Source: a virus | Length of the DNA: 64,000 bases | Strand: one strand, 5' to 3' | IMG/VR virus record: IMGVR_UViG_3300021371_000007 | Location: 1 to 64,000 of that record | Shown here: piece after piece, positions 49,326 through 60,150 of the stretch | How positions within the stretch are numbered: position 1 is the first letter of the stretch | Layout of the letters: each line of letters begins with the position of its first letter | Notes under the pieces: model-generated | The model's database searches: none | Seen by the model: only the letters and a program-made list of their open reading frames with translations | Told to the model about the DNA's origin: nothing | Program-made: the position numbers and the translations under genes

Positions 49326-50291
49326 TTATTTTATACCTAACTCTTTAAATTGATTTATAATAGGTTCTTTATCTTCTATTTTTATATAAGATAAGTACTC
49401 TTCTAATTCCTCTACCAAGCTTTTATTTCTAAGATCCAACTTAGAGTCTTCTGCAGGCTGTATAGCTATTTTTTTATCTATTAAGTCTGAGTTCTCTATC
49501 TTAGATACTTCATCTATAGACCCTGTAATTTCATATATTACATGGTCGTAGTCATGAGGAATTATGTCTTTTTGTTTAGATACTGTTTTTCTAATTAATT
49601 TAGGAAGCTTTAAATCAACAAATTCTCGTGAATAGTTTTGAGAATCTATACAGTTAAATATATCTATACCATATTGCCTTTTAAAATCTCTATCGAAGTG
49701 AGTGTTTAAAGGGCTGCCAGGATAGTAAGCATTATAATCTTTATACTTATGATTAAAATGTAAGTCTCCTAGTAATATTAAAGGCCAGTCTCTTAACTGT
49801 TCAAAATCAAACTCTTCACTTACATGAGGAGGAACTTCTCCTCTTATATGTGTTACTAAAATATCATCTTTTACATATTTAGGTATATTACCTATTTGCA
49901 TTTCCCCATAAGGAAAAAACTGAAACCATTTGTTATGTGACGAATATCTAGCATTTTTTGTTACTATTTTTACTTTCGTATTAGTTATAGCATTATCTTG
50001 ATTAAAGTACTCTAAAAAGGTTTCTCCTTTTTTAGTAGCTTCATGATTTCCTGGTATTATAAAAGTATCTATAGTTACTGAGTTAATATAACTAAGAAAC
50101 AGACAAATCTCATCGGGTTCAGGTTTTTTATCAAAAACATCTCCTGCTATAATATGAATGTCACAAGAAGATTCAAGCTCACGCAACTTTTGAAACATGA
50201 GCTTAAATCTATTTTCTTGCCAAGCATATGGCACTTTCTTTTTTCTTAATAGTATATGCCAGTCTGCGCTGGAAAGAATTTTAACCGCCAT
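49326..50291 (-). CDS. SbcD/Mre11-like nuclease (T5 D12-like)
   Basis: AD.H, GD.FD, GNHE, GDLH, YPGS. Confidence 0.9.
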   Translation of the reverse strand: MAVKILSSADWHILLRKKKVPYAWQENRFKLMFQKLRELESSCDIHIIAGDVFDKKPEPDEICLFLSYINSVTIDTFIIPGNHEATKKGETFLEYFNQDNAITNTKVKIVTKNARYSSHNKWFQFFPYGEMQIGNIPKYVKDDILVTHIRGEVPPHVSEEFDFEQLRDWPLILLGDLHFNHKYKDYNAYYPGSPLNTHFDRDFKRQYGIDIFNCIDSQNYSREFVDLKLPKLIRKTVSKQKDIIPHDYDHVIYEITGSIDEVSKIENSDLIDKKIAIQPAEDSKLDLRNKSLVEELEEYLSYIKIEDKEPIINQFKELGIK

Positions 50292-51294
50292 AATTAAATA
50301 TTTTGTTTAAGTTTCCTTGAAAAGTAAAAGAACCAACATGATTAAGTTTAGTATTAGGATCTACCCATATTTTACCACCTAAAGCTTGCCATCTTCTACA
50401 GAAAGTATAGTCCTCAGATAAATATCTATTATCTTTAGGATCGTGTATTGTATCAAATAGAGAGTAGCAATACTTATTAAACTTTGGATCTATAGAGCTA
50501 TCATTCTTATAAAATAAGTCTGGATACGCTTCAAACATCGCTTTAACTACTTCTTTTTTTACTATAAAGAATCCTGTAGAAGCATCTAATACTTCTACGG
50601 CACCGTCTGAACTCGCTACTTTTTTAGTTTCTCTATTTTCAAACTTTAAATTTATAGCATACTCAGCACCAAAAGTTGCAGGGTCTTCTTCTTTTCTTTC
50701 TACTGCTCTACTAACTCCTGCCCAATCTACTGTTTTCTTTGGGTATGCAGCAGCAGTTATATTTTTATTCATGGCTAACATTCTTAATACTGAGTCAGCC
50801 TCGAATTCTATATCAGCATCAATAAACATTAAATGGGTAGCTGATTCATCTGCCATAAACATAGCTGTTAATATGTTTCTAGCTCTAGTTACTAAGCTTT
50901 CATTTCTTAAGGTTGTAATTCTAAAATTAATACCATTTTGAATCATAGCTTGAGACAGCTTAAACATACTTAAAAAATATTGATCTGTAACCATCCCCCC
51001 ATAACAAGGAGTAGCAAAGAATATATTCATTTTTTTAAGCTCTTCAGAGTCTAACTTTACTTGTTGAGGGCCTACTTGATTAAAATACGCTTTTCCATCT
51101 TCAGGTATTTTTACGCCCTCTAAAGAGGGATTTCCTATTCCTTTAGGAGTAGATAGTTCTTTAAAAGCTTTAGTATCAATAGATATTTCTGATTGAGCTG
51201 CTTTAGGTTTGTTATTAGCCTCAGAAGAAGTTTTAGGGGAGCTGGAAGGCTCCCCTTTACTACCTGAGTACTCAGATAATTTTTTCTTAGTCAT
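50281..51294 (-). CDS. GT-A fold glycosyltransferase-like protein
   Basis: ATPCYGG, ESLV.RARN, FIDADI (DxD), TGF, YLSEDY.FC.RW, L.H.G. Confidence 0.75.
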   Translation of the reverse strand: MTKKKLSEYSGSKGEPSSSPKTSSEANNKPKAAQSEISIDTKAFKELSTPKGIGNPSLEGVKIPEDGKAYFNQVGPQQVKLDSEELKKMNIFFATPCYGGMVTDQYFLSMFKLSQAMIQNGINFRITTLRNESLVTRARNILTAMFMADESATHLMFIDADIEFEADSVLRMLAMNKNITAAAYPKKTVDWAGVSRAVERKEEDPATFGAEYAINLKFENRETKKVASSDGAVEVLDASTGFFIVKKEVVKAMFEAYPDLFYKNDSSIDPKFNKYCYSLFDTIHDPKDNRYLSEDYTFCRRWQALGGKIWVDPNTKLNHVGSFTFQGNLNKIFNYGG

Positions 51295-51962
51295 TAAATA
51301 TCTTCCATTCTTTCATCATCATCTACTCTTAAATCAGCAGCTACTGCTTCTGAAAAGTAGGCGGTATTGCGAAGTAAAAATTCTTTTTGAGCTTCATATG
51401 TTGGACGTTTAAATATCTTCTCTAGCTCAAAAAGTTCAGCATTTTTTTCTTCATCTGTAAGAGGTACAGTTCTTCTAGAAGGGATACAAGTATATTTTAC
51501 ATTCATAACTTGTGGTCCAGTCTTTTCTTTCTTGATAGTAATATCGTATCCTTCTTCTGTATCTGAAGGATTACCGTACTCTGGGTTCATAGCATAGTCT
51601 AAGATTTGTCTATATATAGTAGGCTTAAGATCAAATAATTTAATAGACCCGTCTTTTCTATCTACTGCATTACACACATAAGAAAATACAGGTTTATCTT
51701 GATAGATGTCAGGATCAATTTCTTTTACAGGATCAATACCTTCCTGTTCTTGGAAAGTTTCGTTTTCTCTTACGAAACTTAGACATTCAATAGGGGTTCT
51801 TTTTCCTTCGTTATTGGTTACCCAATAAACAAAACGAGGCATTACATCCCCAATTAATCTAATCTTATTTTCTCCTTCTGTGAGCTTAATACGCTCAATA
51901 TTTCTATTCCCACCACTATTATTTGCGGGTTGTACTTTTAAGTTTGTCCATTGTAAGGCCAT
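51294..51962 (-). CDS. ssDNA-binding protein (T5 D11-like)
   Basis: G.N..R..G.V.PR.VYW, ECL.F, GYDI...K.KTG, acidic C-terminal tail. Confidence 0.8.
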   Translation of the reverse strand: MALQWTNLKVQPANNSGGNRNIERIKLTEGENKIRLIGDVMPRFVYWVTNNEGKRTPIECLSFVRENETFQEQEGIDPVKEIDPDIYQDKPVFSYVCNAVDRKDGSIKLFDLKPTIYRQILDYAMNPEYGNPSDTEEGYDITIKKEKTGPQVMNVKYTCIPSRRTVPLTDEEKNAELFELEKIFKRPTYEAQKEFLLRNTAYFSEAVAADLRVDDDERMEDI

Positions 51963-51963
51963 A

Positions 51964-52416
51964 TTATTTCTCCAATATAAGTTTTATTTTCCGATCAGAA
52001 TGATTTATAAGAGGATTTTTATGATATTTTGTATCTACAAAGTAATCAGGTAAAAATCTATTTTTATTATCTAAACTTCTCTGACCAAGGATATGTAAGT
52101 AATCGCTTTTGATATTACTAGGAAGAGAATAGTGTAGCCATGAACCGTTTGTCATATAACACTGAGGCTCTTCTATTGTAAATCTAGAGACGATTTTATC
52201 AGGATATTTATCAAAATATCCTTTAGTAATAAGAAATTGTGGAAAGTTATCTATTTTTAACTTTTCTTTTAGGTTATAAAAGTTATTAGATATTATTTTA
52301 TTAGGTCCTATAGCTAAAGCAAAGGTTAATAAAATTTCTGCGTCTTTGATATTTTTAGCAGCTTTTTTTATTTCTAATATATTTAATAGTATACGCTTCA
52401 TGAGACCTGCTGTCAA
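51964..52416 (-). CDS. Hypothetical protein, syntenic with the T5 gene between D10 and D11
   Basis: Fills the operon gap; start uncertain. Confidence 0.55.
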   Translation of the reverse strand: MTAGLMKRILLNILEIKKAAKNIKDAEILLTFALAIGPNKIISNNFYNLKEKLKIDNFPQFLITKGYFDKYPDKIVSRFTIEEPQCYMTNGSWLHYSLPSNIKSDYLHILGQRSLDNKNRFLPDYFVDTKYHKNPLINHSDRKIKLILEK

Positions 52417-52418
52417 TA

Positions 52419-53726
52419 TTAATTTGAATTTATATGAAATTGTTGCTTATCATACCATTGTAATCTTTTTTCTTGCATGTTTTTTACTATAGGTCCTCGC
52501 AACCAAAAGTCTACAATTAGAGGAAATTTCTTTTCTTCGTGTTCTCTTACTATTCTTCCTATTCTCTGTTCCAGTTTAGCATAGTTATTTTGAGGACAAG
52601 TAAAAAATATAGTATCTAACCTATGGCAAGATATTCCTTCATCAAATATCTTTGTACTCAATATAGCATTAACAGATTTACCAGCGTTTTCTAGTATAGA
52701 TTCTCTATCAGAGTTTTTAGTCGCACCTACTAAAAGTCTAGAGCCTTCTAGTTTTTCATGTATACCGTTTAACATATCAATTCGCTCACTTACTATTAGT
52801 ATACATCTACCTAATGCTATTTTTCTTCTAGCCGTGTCACATATTAAATCTATATAGTTGTCATTTCTGGCTAAAGTGTTTAAAGCTAGTGCCCAGTCTC
52901 TAGCAGGGTTTCTTATTCTAAAATTAATATCTGTACGTACAACCTCTACTGACGGCGTAAGCCGTGCTTTGTCTACTGCAGTTATTCTATTAGGACCAAA
53001 ATAGTCAGATAGGACTATGTGCATACCATCTTTTCTAGTTGGGGTAGCAGATAACGCTATTTTAGTTCTAGCACTTAAACCATTAACTACTCTACTAAAC
53101 ATTTCAGCGGGGCATAAATGTGCTTCATCTACTAGTACTACTTCAAAATTATTTTTTAGCGTATCTAAGTGATTTATAAGAGTCTTATATATAGCTACTG
53201 TAATATCTTTTACTTGTAACTTGCCATCTCCAATAAAGCCTATATCTTCTCCAGGTATTAGCTCTTTTAAAGAGTCATACCATTGATATGCTAGTAGCTT
53301 AGTATGTACTATAATAACAGTAGGCTTAGAGTTATTAGCTATCAAATAGCAACCAAGAAAAGTTTTACCCCAACCACAAGGAGCTTTTATAAGACCGTTA
53401 TACAGTCTTTCATTTTTATATATTTTATTAGCTACTTGTTGTTGTTCTGTTTTTAAAATACCTTTAAACTTCCAATTTCTTCTGTTAAAAAGAGGTCTAT
53501 TGTCTACGACATTTTTAAAATCTATTTTGTAGAAAGACCCTGAAGGTATAGAATGAACATCTTCTCCCTCTTCAGGAAACTGAAAAGTAGTAGCAAATTC
53601 ATCACCTATTTTATAATGAAAATGATCATAAAATATATCATCCACATCTTGTTCTAAATCTTCTTTTTTGAAATAGATTTTATCTGAGATTGTAGCATTT
53701 TTTAAGACAAATTTAGTATAGCTCAT
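52419..53726 (-). CDS. SF2 helicase (T5 D10/UvsW-like)
   Basis: APCGWGKT, DEAH, SATP.RKDG, EQRIGR. Confidence 0.9.
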   Translation of the reverse strand: MSYTKFVLKNATISDKIYFKKEDLEQDVDDIFYDHFHYKIGDEFATTFQFPEEGEDVHSIPSGSFYKIDFKNVVDNRPLFNRRNWKFKGILKTEQQQVANKIYKNERLYNGLIKAPCGWGKTFLGCYLIANNSKPTVIIVHTKLLAYQWYDSLKELIPGEDIGFIGDGKLQVKDITVAIYKTLINHLDTLKNNFEVVLVDEAHLCPAEMFSRVVNGLSARTKIALSATPTRKDGMHIVLSDYFGPNRITAVDKARLTPSVEVVRTDINFRIRNPARDWALALNTLARNDNYIDLICDTARRKIALGRCILIVSERIDMLNGIHEKLEGSRLLVGATKNSDRESILENAGKSVNAILSTKIFDEGISCHRLDTIFFTCPQNNYAKLEQRIGRIVREHEEKKFPLIVDFWLRGPIVKNMQEKRLQWYDKQQFHINSN

Positions 53727-54247
53727 AATCTTATTCTATCCTTTTTATTATAGAAAGCGCTAAATTCATAAATATGCCAACAAAAATCTATGTATACTAA
53801 TCCTGCCCATAAGTTTTTTAAATTTTCAATATTAAGTAAAAATTTAGGTAGCTCAAAAGGATGACTTATATTTTCTACCCAAAAAGCAGTCTCTTTTACT
53901 TTTATTATTTTTCTATAACTCATTTTATAGTGCTTATAGTAATTATCAAAGTAGTGAGTATTTAAATTACTGTCATACCCCCAATTACTTTTACTAAGTA
54001 GTAATGCGCTTAAATTTGTACAAGTATAATCATATTTTATAGTATAATTATTAACACTATTTAAATATTCTAATCTCTTTAAATAGTTATCATCAGACAT
54101 ATTGTCCCAGCTATCTACTAATAGCAAACTATCAGAGGAAATAAAATCCTTTTTAATAAATAACTTTTTATCTCTAAATATCTCATCTACGGGAGAATTT
54201 TTTAAAGTAAATATAGGATATTTTATATTATAAAATTTACTTCTCAT
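53723..54247 (-). CDS. Hypothetical protein, syntenic with the T5 gene after pol
   Basis: Coupled ORF; YP.F.L, Y..RL, W..YE.S. Confidence 0.6.
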   Translation of the reverse strand: MRSKFYNIKYPIFTLKNSPVDEIFRDKKLFIKKDFISSDSLLLVDSWDNMSDDNYLKRLEYLNSVNNYTIKYDYTCTNLSALLLSKSNWGYDSNLNTHYFDNYYKHYKMSYRKIIKVKETAFWVENISHPFELPKFLLNIENLKNLWAGLVYIDFCWHIYEFSAFYNKKDRIRL

Positions 54248-54878
54248 AGCCTCTTAGTCTTAACCAATTATTTAGTCTGCTGTTATATTTATAGTTTTTT
54301 TCAGATAGGTAATTTTTAAAATCTGTATGTTTTAGATTGATATGATTATGATGATACATAGTAATAGGATCTTGCTCACCTGTACTTAATTTATTTGCTA
54401 TCAGTATATTCTTTTGTATAGTGTTACTATCAGATAACTCATCTAATATATACTTAGGCAATAATAAATTTAAGTGCCTAACTATTTTATAAATTGCTCT
54501 ATCTATATTTAGAATATCATACTCATACCTAAGACTAAGTATTTTTAAATCCTCTTTTAAAGCTTTATCAAATACTAAATAATCATACTCTAGTAAGAAG
54601 TCAAACCAATCTTTAAAAGTATTTACATTAAATTGCTTATACGACCACTCACAAAATTCTTCTTCTGTTAAGTTTCTTTTTCTCATAATAGATGCAGTTA
54701 TAGATCTTAAGTCTCTATAGGAATATATATTAAAGTCTCTATCACTTACAGGATACGTTATCCACTTTTCATGACATTTTTTTACGTTTGTAACTATAAA
54801 TCTTTTATTTATTAACTGTTTACAAATATTAAAAGAAACAGTAGTTCCGCTTCTATAAAGCCCGTTTACATATATCAT
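54237..54878 (-). CDS. Sulfotransferase-family protein
   Basis: 5'-PSB loop G..RSGTT, K.H, 3'-PB Y.YRD.R...AS, LRYE; ATGA overlap with pol stop. Confidence 0.7.
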   Translation of the reverse strand: MIYVNGLYRSGTTVSFNICKQLINKRFIVTNVKKCHEKWITYPVSDRDFNIYSYRDLRSITASIMRKRNLTEEEFCEWSYKQFNVNTFKDWFDFLLEYDYLVFDKALKEDLKILSLRYEYDILNIDRAIYKIVRHLNLLLPKYILDELSDSNTIQKNILIANKLSTGEQDPITMYHHNHINLKHTDFKNYLSEKNYKYNSRLNNWLRLRGYEK

Positions 54879-57130
54879 CTATAGTCTTTAAGCTCCCCCC
54901 AACTAGGACCTACTTCAATATCTACTTTAATAGGTTTGCCCTCGATAAACACGCCTCTATCTTTTTGTAAATTCAAAGATAAGTTATCTGCATAGATATC
55001 TATATAGTCTTCTCTAACTTCTGCAATAGTAGAATCATGTACTGTAGCAAAAATTCTAATGTTATCCTGATGCTGATTATCTTGTACCCATTTAACGGTA
55101 TCTACAATACCTAATAAGTTAATGTCTGATGCGACACTTTGAATTAAGAAGTTTAGACCAGATCTCTCTGCATGAGCGGCCACCCCTCTAGAATCAGCGC
55201 CTGCTTCTGGAAGACGTCTTTTACGACCGAAGGCGCTGTAAGTAAAGTGATTTTCTTTAATAAAAGAAATATTACCATCAATCCATCTTTTTAAGTCTTT
55301 TGCTTGAGTAAAGTACAATTTGATAAAGCGTTTAGCTTCCTCAATAGATACATTAGCAGTTTCTGCAATTTTAGACGGCCCAGCACCATATAAAATACCA
55401 AAAGTAATAGCTTTTGCGTTTTGTCTTTCAGCAGCGTATAAATTTTTTACTTCATCAATCTCACAAGGAAGTTTAAACATACTGTGAGCTACATAAGAGT
55501 GAAAGTCTAATTCTTCTACAAAAGCTCGCTGTAAAAAAGAATCTTCAGCTAACGCCGCAGCTACATATACTTCTGCTGTTCCTAAGTCTGCTTGTACTAT
55601 TTTAAATCCTGGAGAGGCTTTAAAAAACTTTTTAATACCTGAATCTTTATCTCTAGGAAGATTTTGGTAATTAAGAACTCCAGAAGACGATAGACGTCCT
55701 GCAGCAGTTCCAATAATATTAAAACTAGAGCGAAGCCTATTATCTGTATCTACTCCGTTCTTGATATTTTTAATATAAGTTGTAGAAAGTTTTACTTTCT
55801 TACGGAGGTCAAGGATAGCATCTGCAAGAGGATTATTCATTTCAGAAAGCACTTCTGCATCTGTAGATTTAGCACCTGTTGCAGTTTTCTTAGTAGAAGG
55901 AAGTTTTAATATGTTAAATAGCACCTCTCGTAAGTGAAAAGTACTATTAGGATTAAAAGTCTTTTTCTCTTGTTCTTCAAAAATTTTAATAGCAGGGTGC
56001 ATAGATATTTCAGCCATACATTCTTCAATATCAATTTTAAAATCTTCTTCAATATCAGTTAATACTTGAAGTTCAATAGGCCCTCCAGTATCTTCTAAAT
56101 ACATAAGAGCTTCAGTCGCAGGTTTTAATAGTTCTTTGTATACATAAGAAAATTTAGAGTTCTTATCTATTAAAGGCTTAAATTTATCATAAAGCTGAAA
56201 AGTAGCATCGGCGTCTTTACAAGCATATGGAGATAAAATATCTAAAGGCAGCATACCATAGTTAAAATCTGCTAGTAAGATTTTATTTTTTCTACAAAAC
56301 TCTTTCTTATAATCATGTAGGTCTTTGTCATAATCTCCTAAGTCTGTGAATTTCATAGCTAACTGTTTTAACCCGTGAGAGCCTACTGTTTCATCTAAGC
56401 AATAGTGCATAAGAATAGTATCTTCAAATTTTGGAAATTCAAACTTCAATGCTTGATACATAAACTGTACATCAAATTTAGCGTTGTGTAATACAATAGT
56501 TTTGTCTATAAACATTTGTTTTACTTCATCATAAAACTCTTCTATCACATCACAAGCTACAAAAATACCTTGATGAGCTCTAGCAGACATAGCTATACCA
56601 ATAATAGAACCTTTTCTAGCAGATAAAGCAGTAGTCTCAATATCTACAACTAAAGTATCTGCATTGTTAAACTGCTCTAAATAGGGTAAAAACTCTTCTG
56701 AAGTACTAACATAAGCATAGTCTTTTTCATATACTAAAGGCTGTTCTCCTGCTAAAACACTTCTTACCTTATCAAAACATTTTTGCAATTCTAATCGGTA
56801 TTGAGGCTTTATAGATAACATATTAGGATCAATAATAGGTATGTACTTTTCTTCTACTATCTGACCTGCATACTTAAGTATGCCTGTAAGACCGGAAGTA
56901 TATTTTAAAGATTCTGCACCCACAGGACAAATAATATCATACTCATCTAGAGTGGTTAAGTCTAGATCTACATTTTTCTTTAGAATTTTTTCTAAAGGTT
57001 CAGAAGATAGATACTTCACTTCAAAATCAATTCCCTTAGAGAAAGATTTTAATTTTGATACAGTATCTGCTTTTAAAGGATTACTAAGCACTAAAGCTAC
57101 TTTTAAATCTTTACTCATATTCTTCTCCAA
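54875..57130 (-). CDS. polA: DNA polymerase family A (T5-like)
   Basis: Exo DIET, HNAKFD, YA..D; GRLSS...N.QN, motif A AD....E, motif B RQ.AK.I.FG.LYG, motif C VHDS. Confidence 0.95.
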   Translation of the reverse strand: MEKNMSKDLKVALVLSNPLKADTVSKLKSFSKGIDFEVKYLSSEPLEKILKKNVDLDLTTLDEYDIICPVGAESLKYTSGLTGILKYAGQIVEEKYIPIIDPNMLSIKPQYRLELQKCFDKVRSVLAGEQPLVYEKDYAYVSTSEEFLPYLEQFNNADTLVVDIETTALSARKGSIIGIAMSARAHQGIFVACDVIEEFYDEVKQMFIDKTIVLHNAKFDVQFMYQALKFEFPKFEDTILMHYCLDETVGSHGLKQLAMKFTDLGDYDKDLHDYKKEFCRKNKILLADFNYGMLPLDILSPYACKDADATFQLYDKFKPLIDKNSKFSYVYKELLKPATEALMYLEDTGGPIELQVLTDIEEDFKIDIEECMAEISMHPAIKIFEEQEKKTFNPNSTFHLREVLFNILKLPSTKKTATGAKSTDAEVLSEMNNPLADAILDLRKKVKLSTTYIKNIKNGVDTDNRLRSSFNIIGTAAGRLSSSGVLNYQNLPRDKDSGIKKFFKASPGFKIVQADLGTAEVYVAAALAEDSFLQRAFVEELDFHSYVAHSMFKLPCEIDEVKNLYAAERQNAKAITFGILYGAGPSKIAETANVSIEEAKRFIKLYFTQAKDLKRWIDGNISFIKENHFTYSAFGRKRRLPEAGADSRGVAAHAERSGLNFLIQSVASDINLLGIVDTVKWVQDNQHQDNIRIFATVHDSTIAEVREDYIDIYADNLSLNLQKDRGVFIEGKPIKVDIEVGPSWGELKDYR

Positions 57131-57992
57131 ATAATTTCATTAATTCTGACTTATTTAAGTCTCCGGCATCTCTGCCTTCAGGGGGCTGAACAATAATAGT
57201 TTCTATATCTCTAGCCTCTAGTAGTGCAGTAATATTTTCTGCAGCTTTGTTACCACTTATATCATTATCCATGAATATAGTAACTCTGGTACACCCTAAG
57301 TTATCTATCATAGACGCTTTTTCCTTACGAAAATTGTTTGTTCCGAAAATACAAACTGTATTTTTATATCCGTGTTGCCATAAGTTTAACATATCAAATA
57401 AGCCTTCAACAAGTATTAAATGACTTTTATCTACTATTTTGTCTATAGGGAATAATAAATCACTGGTAGCAGCGTTTGAAGGCTTTCTCATATATCTTGG
57501 ACTTTGTGTTTTGACGTTTAATATTTTGTATCTTCCTTCTATAAATCTAAGCTTTCCTTGTTGATAAACAGGAAAACATAAGTAGTCTACTAATCCTAAT
57601 TGTCCCGTAGTGAAACTTTCAAACTCTTTCATTATAGAACCATTTACTCCTTTAAAATCTAGAGTAAAATTTATCTTATCTGAAGGCAATATTATATTCA
57701 TTCCAAAAAACTTAGAATGAAGTTTATTTTTTAGCTTTTTAATCTTATAAGTCTGTTTAGTTTCTATTTCTACAGAAGAATCTTCTCCTATAGCTTTTAG
57801 CAACTTTTTATAGCTTCCTCCAAACCCACAAGAAAAACAATTAAATACGTTTTTATCTAAGTTAAATCGCATACTAGGATTGGAATCTTCATGCAGACCG
57901 CTAACACACTTAATAAGAATTTCTTCACTATGATTAGGATTATTTTCGTACTCAATTTGTTTTTTATCTAATATAGAGTATATATCATGCAT
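57111..57992 (-). CDS. DNA primase
   Basis: C...H.D.NPS ... CF.CG zinc finger; VEG.FD and D.D..G TOPRIM motifs. Confidence 0.9.
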   Translation of the reverse strand: MHDIYSILDKKQIEYENNPNHSEEILIKCVSGLHEDSNPSMRFNLDKNVFNCFSCGFGGSYKKLLKAIGEDSSVEIETKQTYKIKKLKNKLHSKFFGMNIILPSDKINFTLDFKGVNGSIMKEFESFTTGQLGLVDYLCFPVYQQGKLRFIEGRYKILNVKTQSPRYMRKPSNAATSDLLFPIDKIVDKSHLILVEGLFDMLNLWQHGYKNTVCIFGTNNFRKEKASMIDNLGCTRVTIFMDNDISGNKAAENITALLEARDIETIIVQPPEGRDAGDLNKSELMKLFGEEYE

Positions 57993-59368
57993 TAACCTAA
58001 ATCCCTGCCCTGCTCTTTACTATCATCGCCATACTTATTTAGTATCCTACCGCCAATAGCCTTAGACTTATTAGAGTCTATTCTTAGACAATCCCAATCC
58101 ATATGTACGTTAAACTTTATAGCTTTACCATTTCTAATCTTAGCTACTTCAAAAGGTAAGGCAGTAGGATCTTCTGATAAATCACTAGGCATAAACCTAA
58201 AACTTTTATCAGCACTATCAAGAACACCTTTAGCAAATCTAGCTTCTCCTGACGCATCAATTTGATAGGGAGAGATCATAATAACTTTATACTTTCTTGC
58301 AAGAGTTTTTAGAGAATCAGATATATTAATTTGACTCTTCCAATCCATACGGTCTTCTACTTTTACAATGTTTAAATAATCAATAACACACATTTTAATA
58401 TTATGTTTAGTAGTCATCATATTTAGATAGTGATCTATTCTAGCGAGACTTAATTGTACATCATCAATAATATGAAAACGATTATCTTTAAAAGGAACTA
58501 TCCCTCTTTTAAGCTCTTGATCAAAATTATTAAAACTACCAGAAGTCAACAGATTACTGTATACAGAATCAGATGCTTCACCCGGTTTATAAAAAGTATT
58601 CAATTTACTTTTAGCTATAGAAAACTTCTGATCTTTAGTTAAATTATTAAGCATAAAATCACTAAAAGGCACACCACTAATCATACTCATGAGACGATAG
58701 TACACTTCTACATAGCGCATTTCAATACTCATGAACATTACAGAGTTATTAAGCAAGAAGTTATTTAAAGCCATATTCAAAGTGATAATAGACTTGCCTG
58801 ATCCTCTTCTGCCTCCAAAAAGCACTAGCTCTTCTAAGCCAAAACCTCCATTTGCAGAATCAAAGTCAGTGCTTAGACCACTAGGAAACATAACAAAGTT
58901 ATCTTCTTTAGGTACTGTTTCAATAGTTGCTACATCAAACAGTTCTTCTCCTTCTGGAATAAACTTTTGTACAGATAATACATGTTCTTGAATTTTATCT
59001 ATAATCTCAGTCTGTTCTAAATTCTCTAAGTCGTCTATAAATTTATCAATAAAACTAATAGTTTCTTCTCTTATATAATAATCTTGTAATTGAGAAGAAA
59101 TAAAATTAGAATCAATAGAAGTTTCACCTTCTAAAGTAATATCTATTAATTCTGAGCGCAAGTAAGCTTTAGAGCTTTCTTGTTTTTGTATTTCATAGAA
59201 CTCCTGCATAGAAGGAATTCTTAAGTTTTTAGTATAGAAATTGTTAATTTTTCTAAACAGCACAAGATTATTACCTGTGAAATATTTATTCACAAGTTTA
59301 TTGAAAAAATCAGGGCTCTGAGTTGTTAATAGCCTTTTTAAGGCCAACTTTTGTAAATCTACTGACAT
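57992..59368 (-). CDS. DnaB-like replicative helicase (T5 D6-like)
   Basis: GGRRGSGKS, SIEM, IDYLN, PYQID..GEARFAK..LD..D, KIRNG. Confidence 0.9.
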   Translation of the reverse strand: MSVDLQKLALKRLLTTQSPDFFNKLVNKYFTGNNLVLFRKINNFYTKNLRIPSMQEFYEIQKQESSKAYLRSELIDITLEGETSIDSNFISSQLQDYYIREETISFIDKFIDDLENLEQTEIIDKIQEHVLSVQKFIPEGEELFDVATIETVPKEDNFVMFPSGLSTDFDSANGGFGLEELVLFGGRRGSGKSIITLNMALNNFLLNNSVMFMSIEMRYVEVYYRLMSMISGVPFSDFMLNNLTKDQKFSIAKSKLNTFYKPGEASDSVYSNLLTSGSFNNFDQELKRGIVPFKDNRFHIIDDVQLSLARIDHYLNMMTTKHNIKMCVIDYLNIVKVEDRMDWKSQINISDSLKTLARKYKVIMISPYQIDASGEARFAKGVLDSADKSFRFMPSDLSEDPTALPFEVAKIRNGKAIKFNVHMDWDCLRIDSNKSKAIGGRILNKYGDDSKEQGRDLG

Positions 59369-60124
59369 CTATTTTTTAATTACCGGAAATAATTCATGAC
59401 GAGGAACAAACATTCTTTGGTGAGAATAATCACCTTCTATCCATAAAAGATAGCTTTCTCTTCCATAGTCTTCAATATGTTTTAATACAGCCTTAATATG
59501 ATTTTTTAAAGAAGGAAGTTTCCACGTTACTCCATCTTCTAAAATCCAATAAATATTAAAGTGTACATCTTCTATAGGCTCTTTATGTTTTTTATAGTCA
59601 AAAGGGATAAGCTCTACATATTTTTGTATTCCTTGCTGTAAGTACTCTATATAATCTTCATCCATAGTTTTTTCTATAACAGCGAAACAATTAGTAGGAC
59701 CATGAAATACTTTATCACCCTTAGAAAATCTAATATCTAAGTCTTGAACAACGTGATCTGTTTGAGCGGGAGCACTCTTTTTTCTAGAACGAATAGGCAC
59801 TCCTAGTTCTAGTAAAAAAGATTTTACTTTTTGAGAAGATATATAGTTTCTCTTTGCTATACCACTTACACTATCTCCATCTTGATAGTCTTTAGCCATA
59901 GCCGTTTTTTCTGCGTTAGTAAACTCTTTAGTTTTAGCAGCTTTTTTAAGTCTAAGAGTTCTCTCTTCTTTTTCTAAAAAGTCATTAATAATATTATCTA
60001 ATCTTTTAGTATTATATGCGATACCTAAATGTTCACAAATAGCCTTCTTAGTTTTTTTACTTTTAATCATCCAAAGAGCTTGACGTATTTTTGCTTCTGG
60101 AATTTCTACATTTTTAATAACCAT
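59369..60124 (-). CDS. T5 D5-like DNA-binding protein / transcription factor
   Basis: EIP......A......TKKA.CE.LG; helix-turn-helix Y..G.S...IA...Y.S...V; precedes helicase as in T5. Confidence 0.7.
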   Translation of the reverse strand: MVIKNVEIPEAKIRQALWMIKSKKTKKAICEHLGIAYNTKRLDNIINDFLEKEERTLRLKKAAKTKEFTNAEKTAMAKDYQDGDSVSGIAKRNYISSQKVKSFLLELGVPIRSRKKSAPAQTDHVVQDLDIRFSKGDKVFHGPTNCFAVIEKTMDEDYIEYLQQGIQKYVELIPFDYKKHKEPIEDVHFNIYWILEDGVTWKLPSLKNHIKAVLKHIEDYGRESYLLWIEGDYSHQRMFVPRHELFPVIKK

Positions 60125-60150
60125 TTAAGCCTCCATATTAACTTAATACC

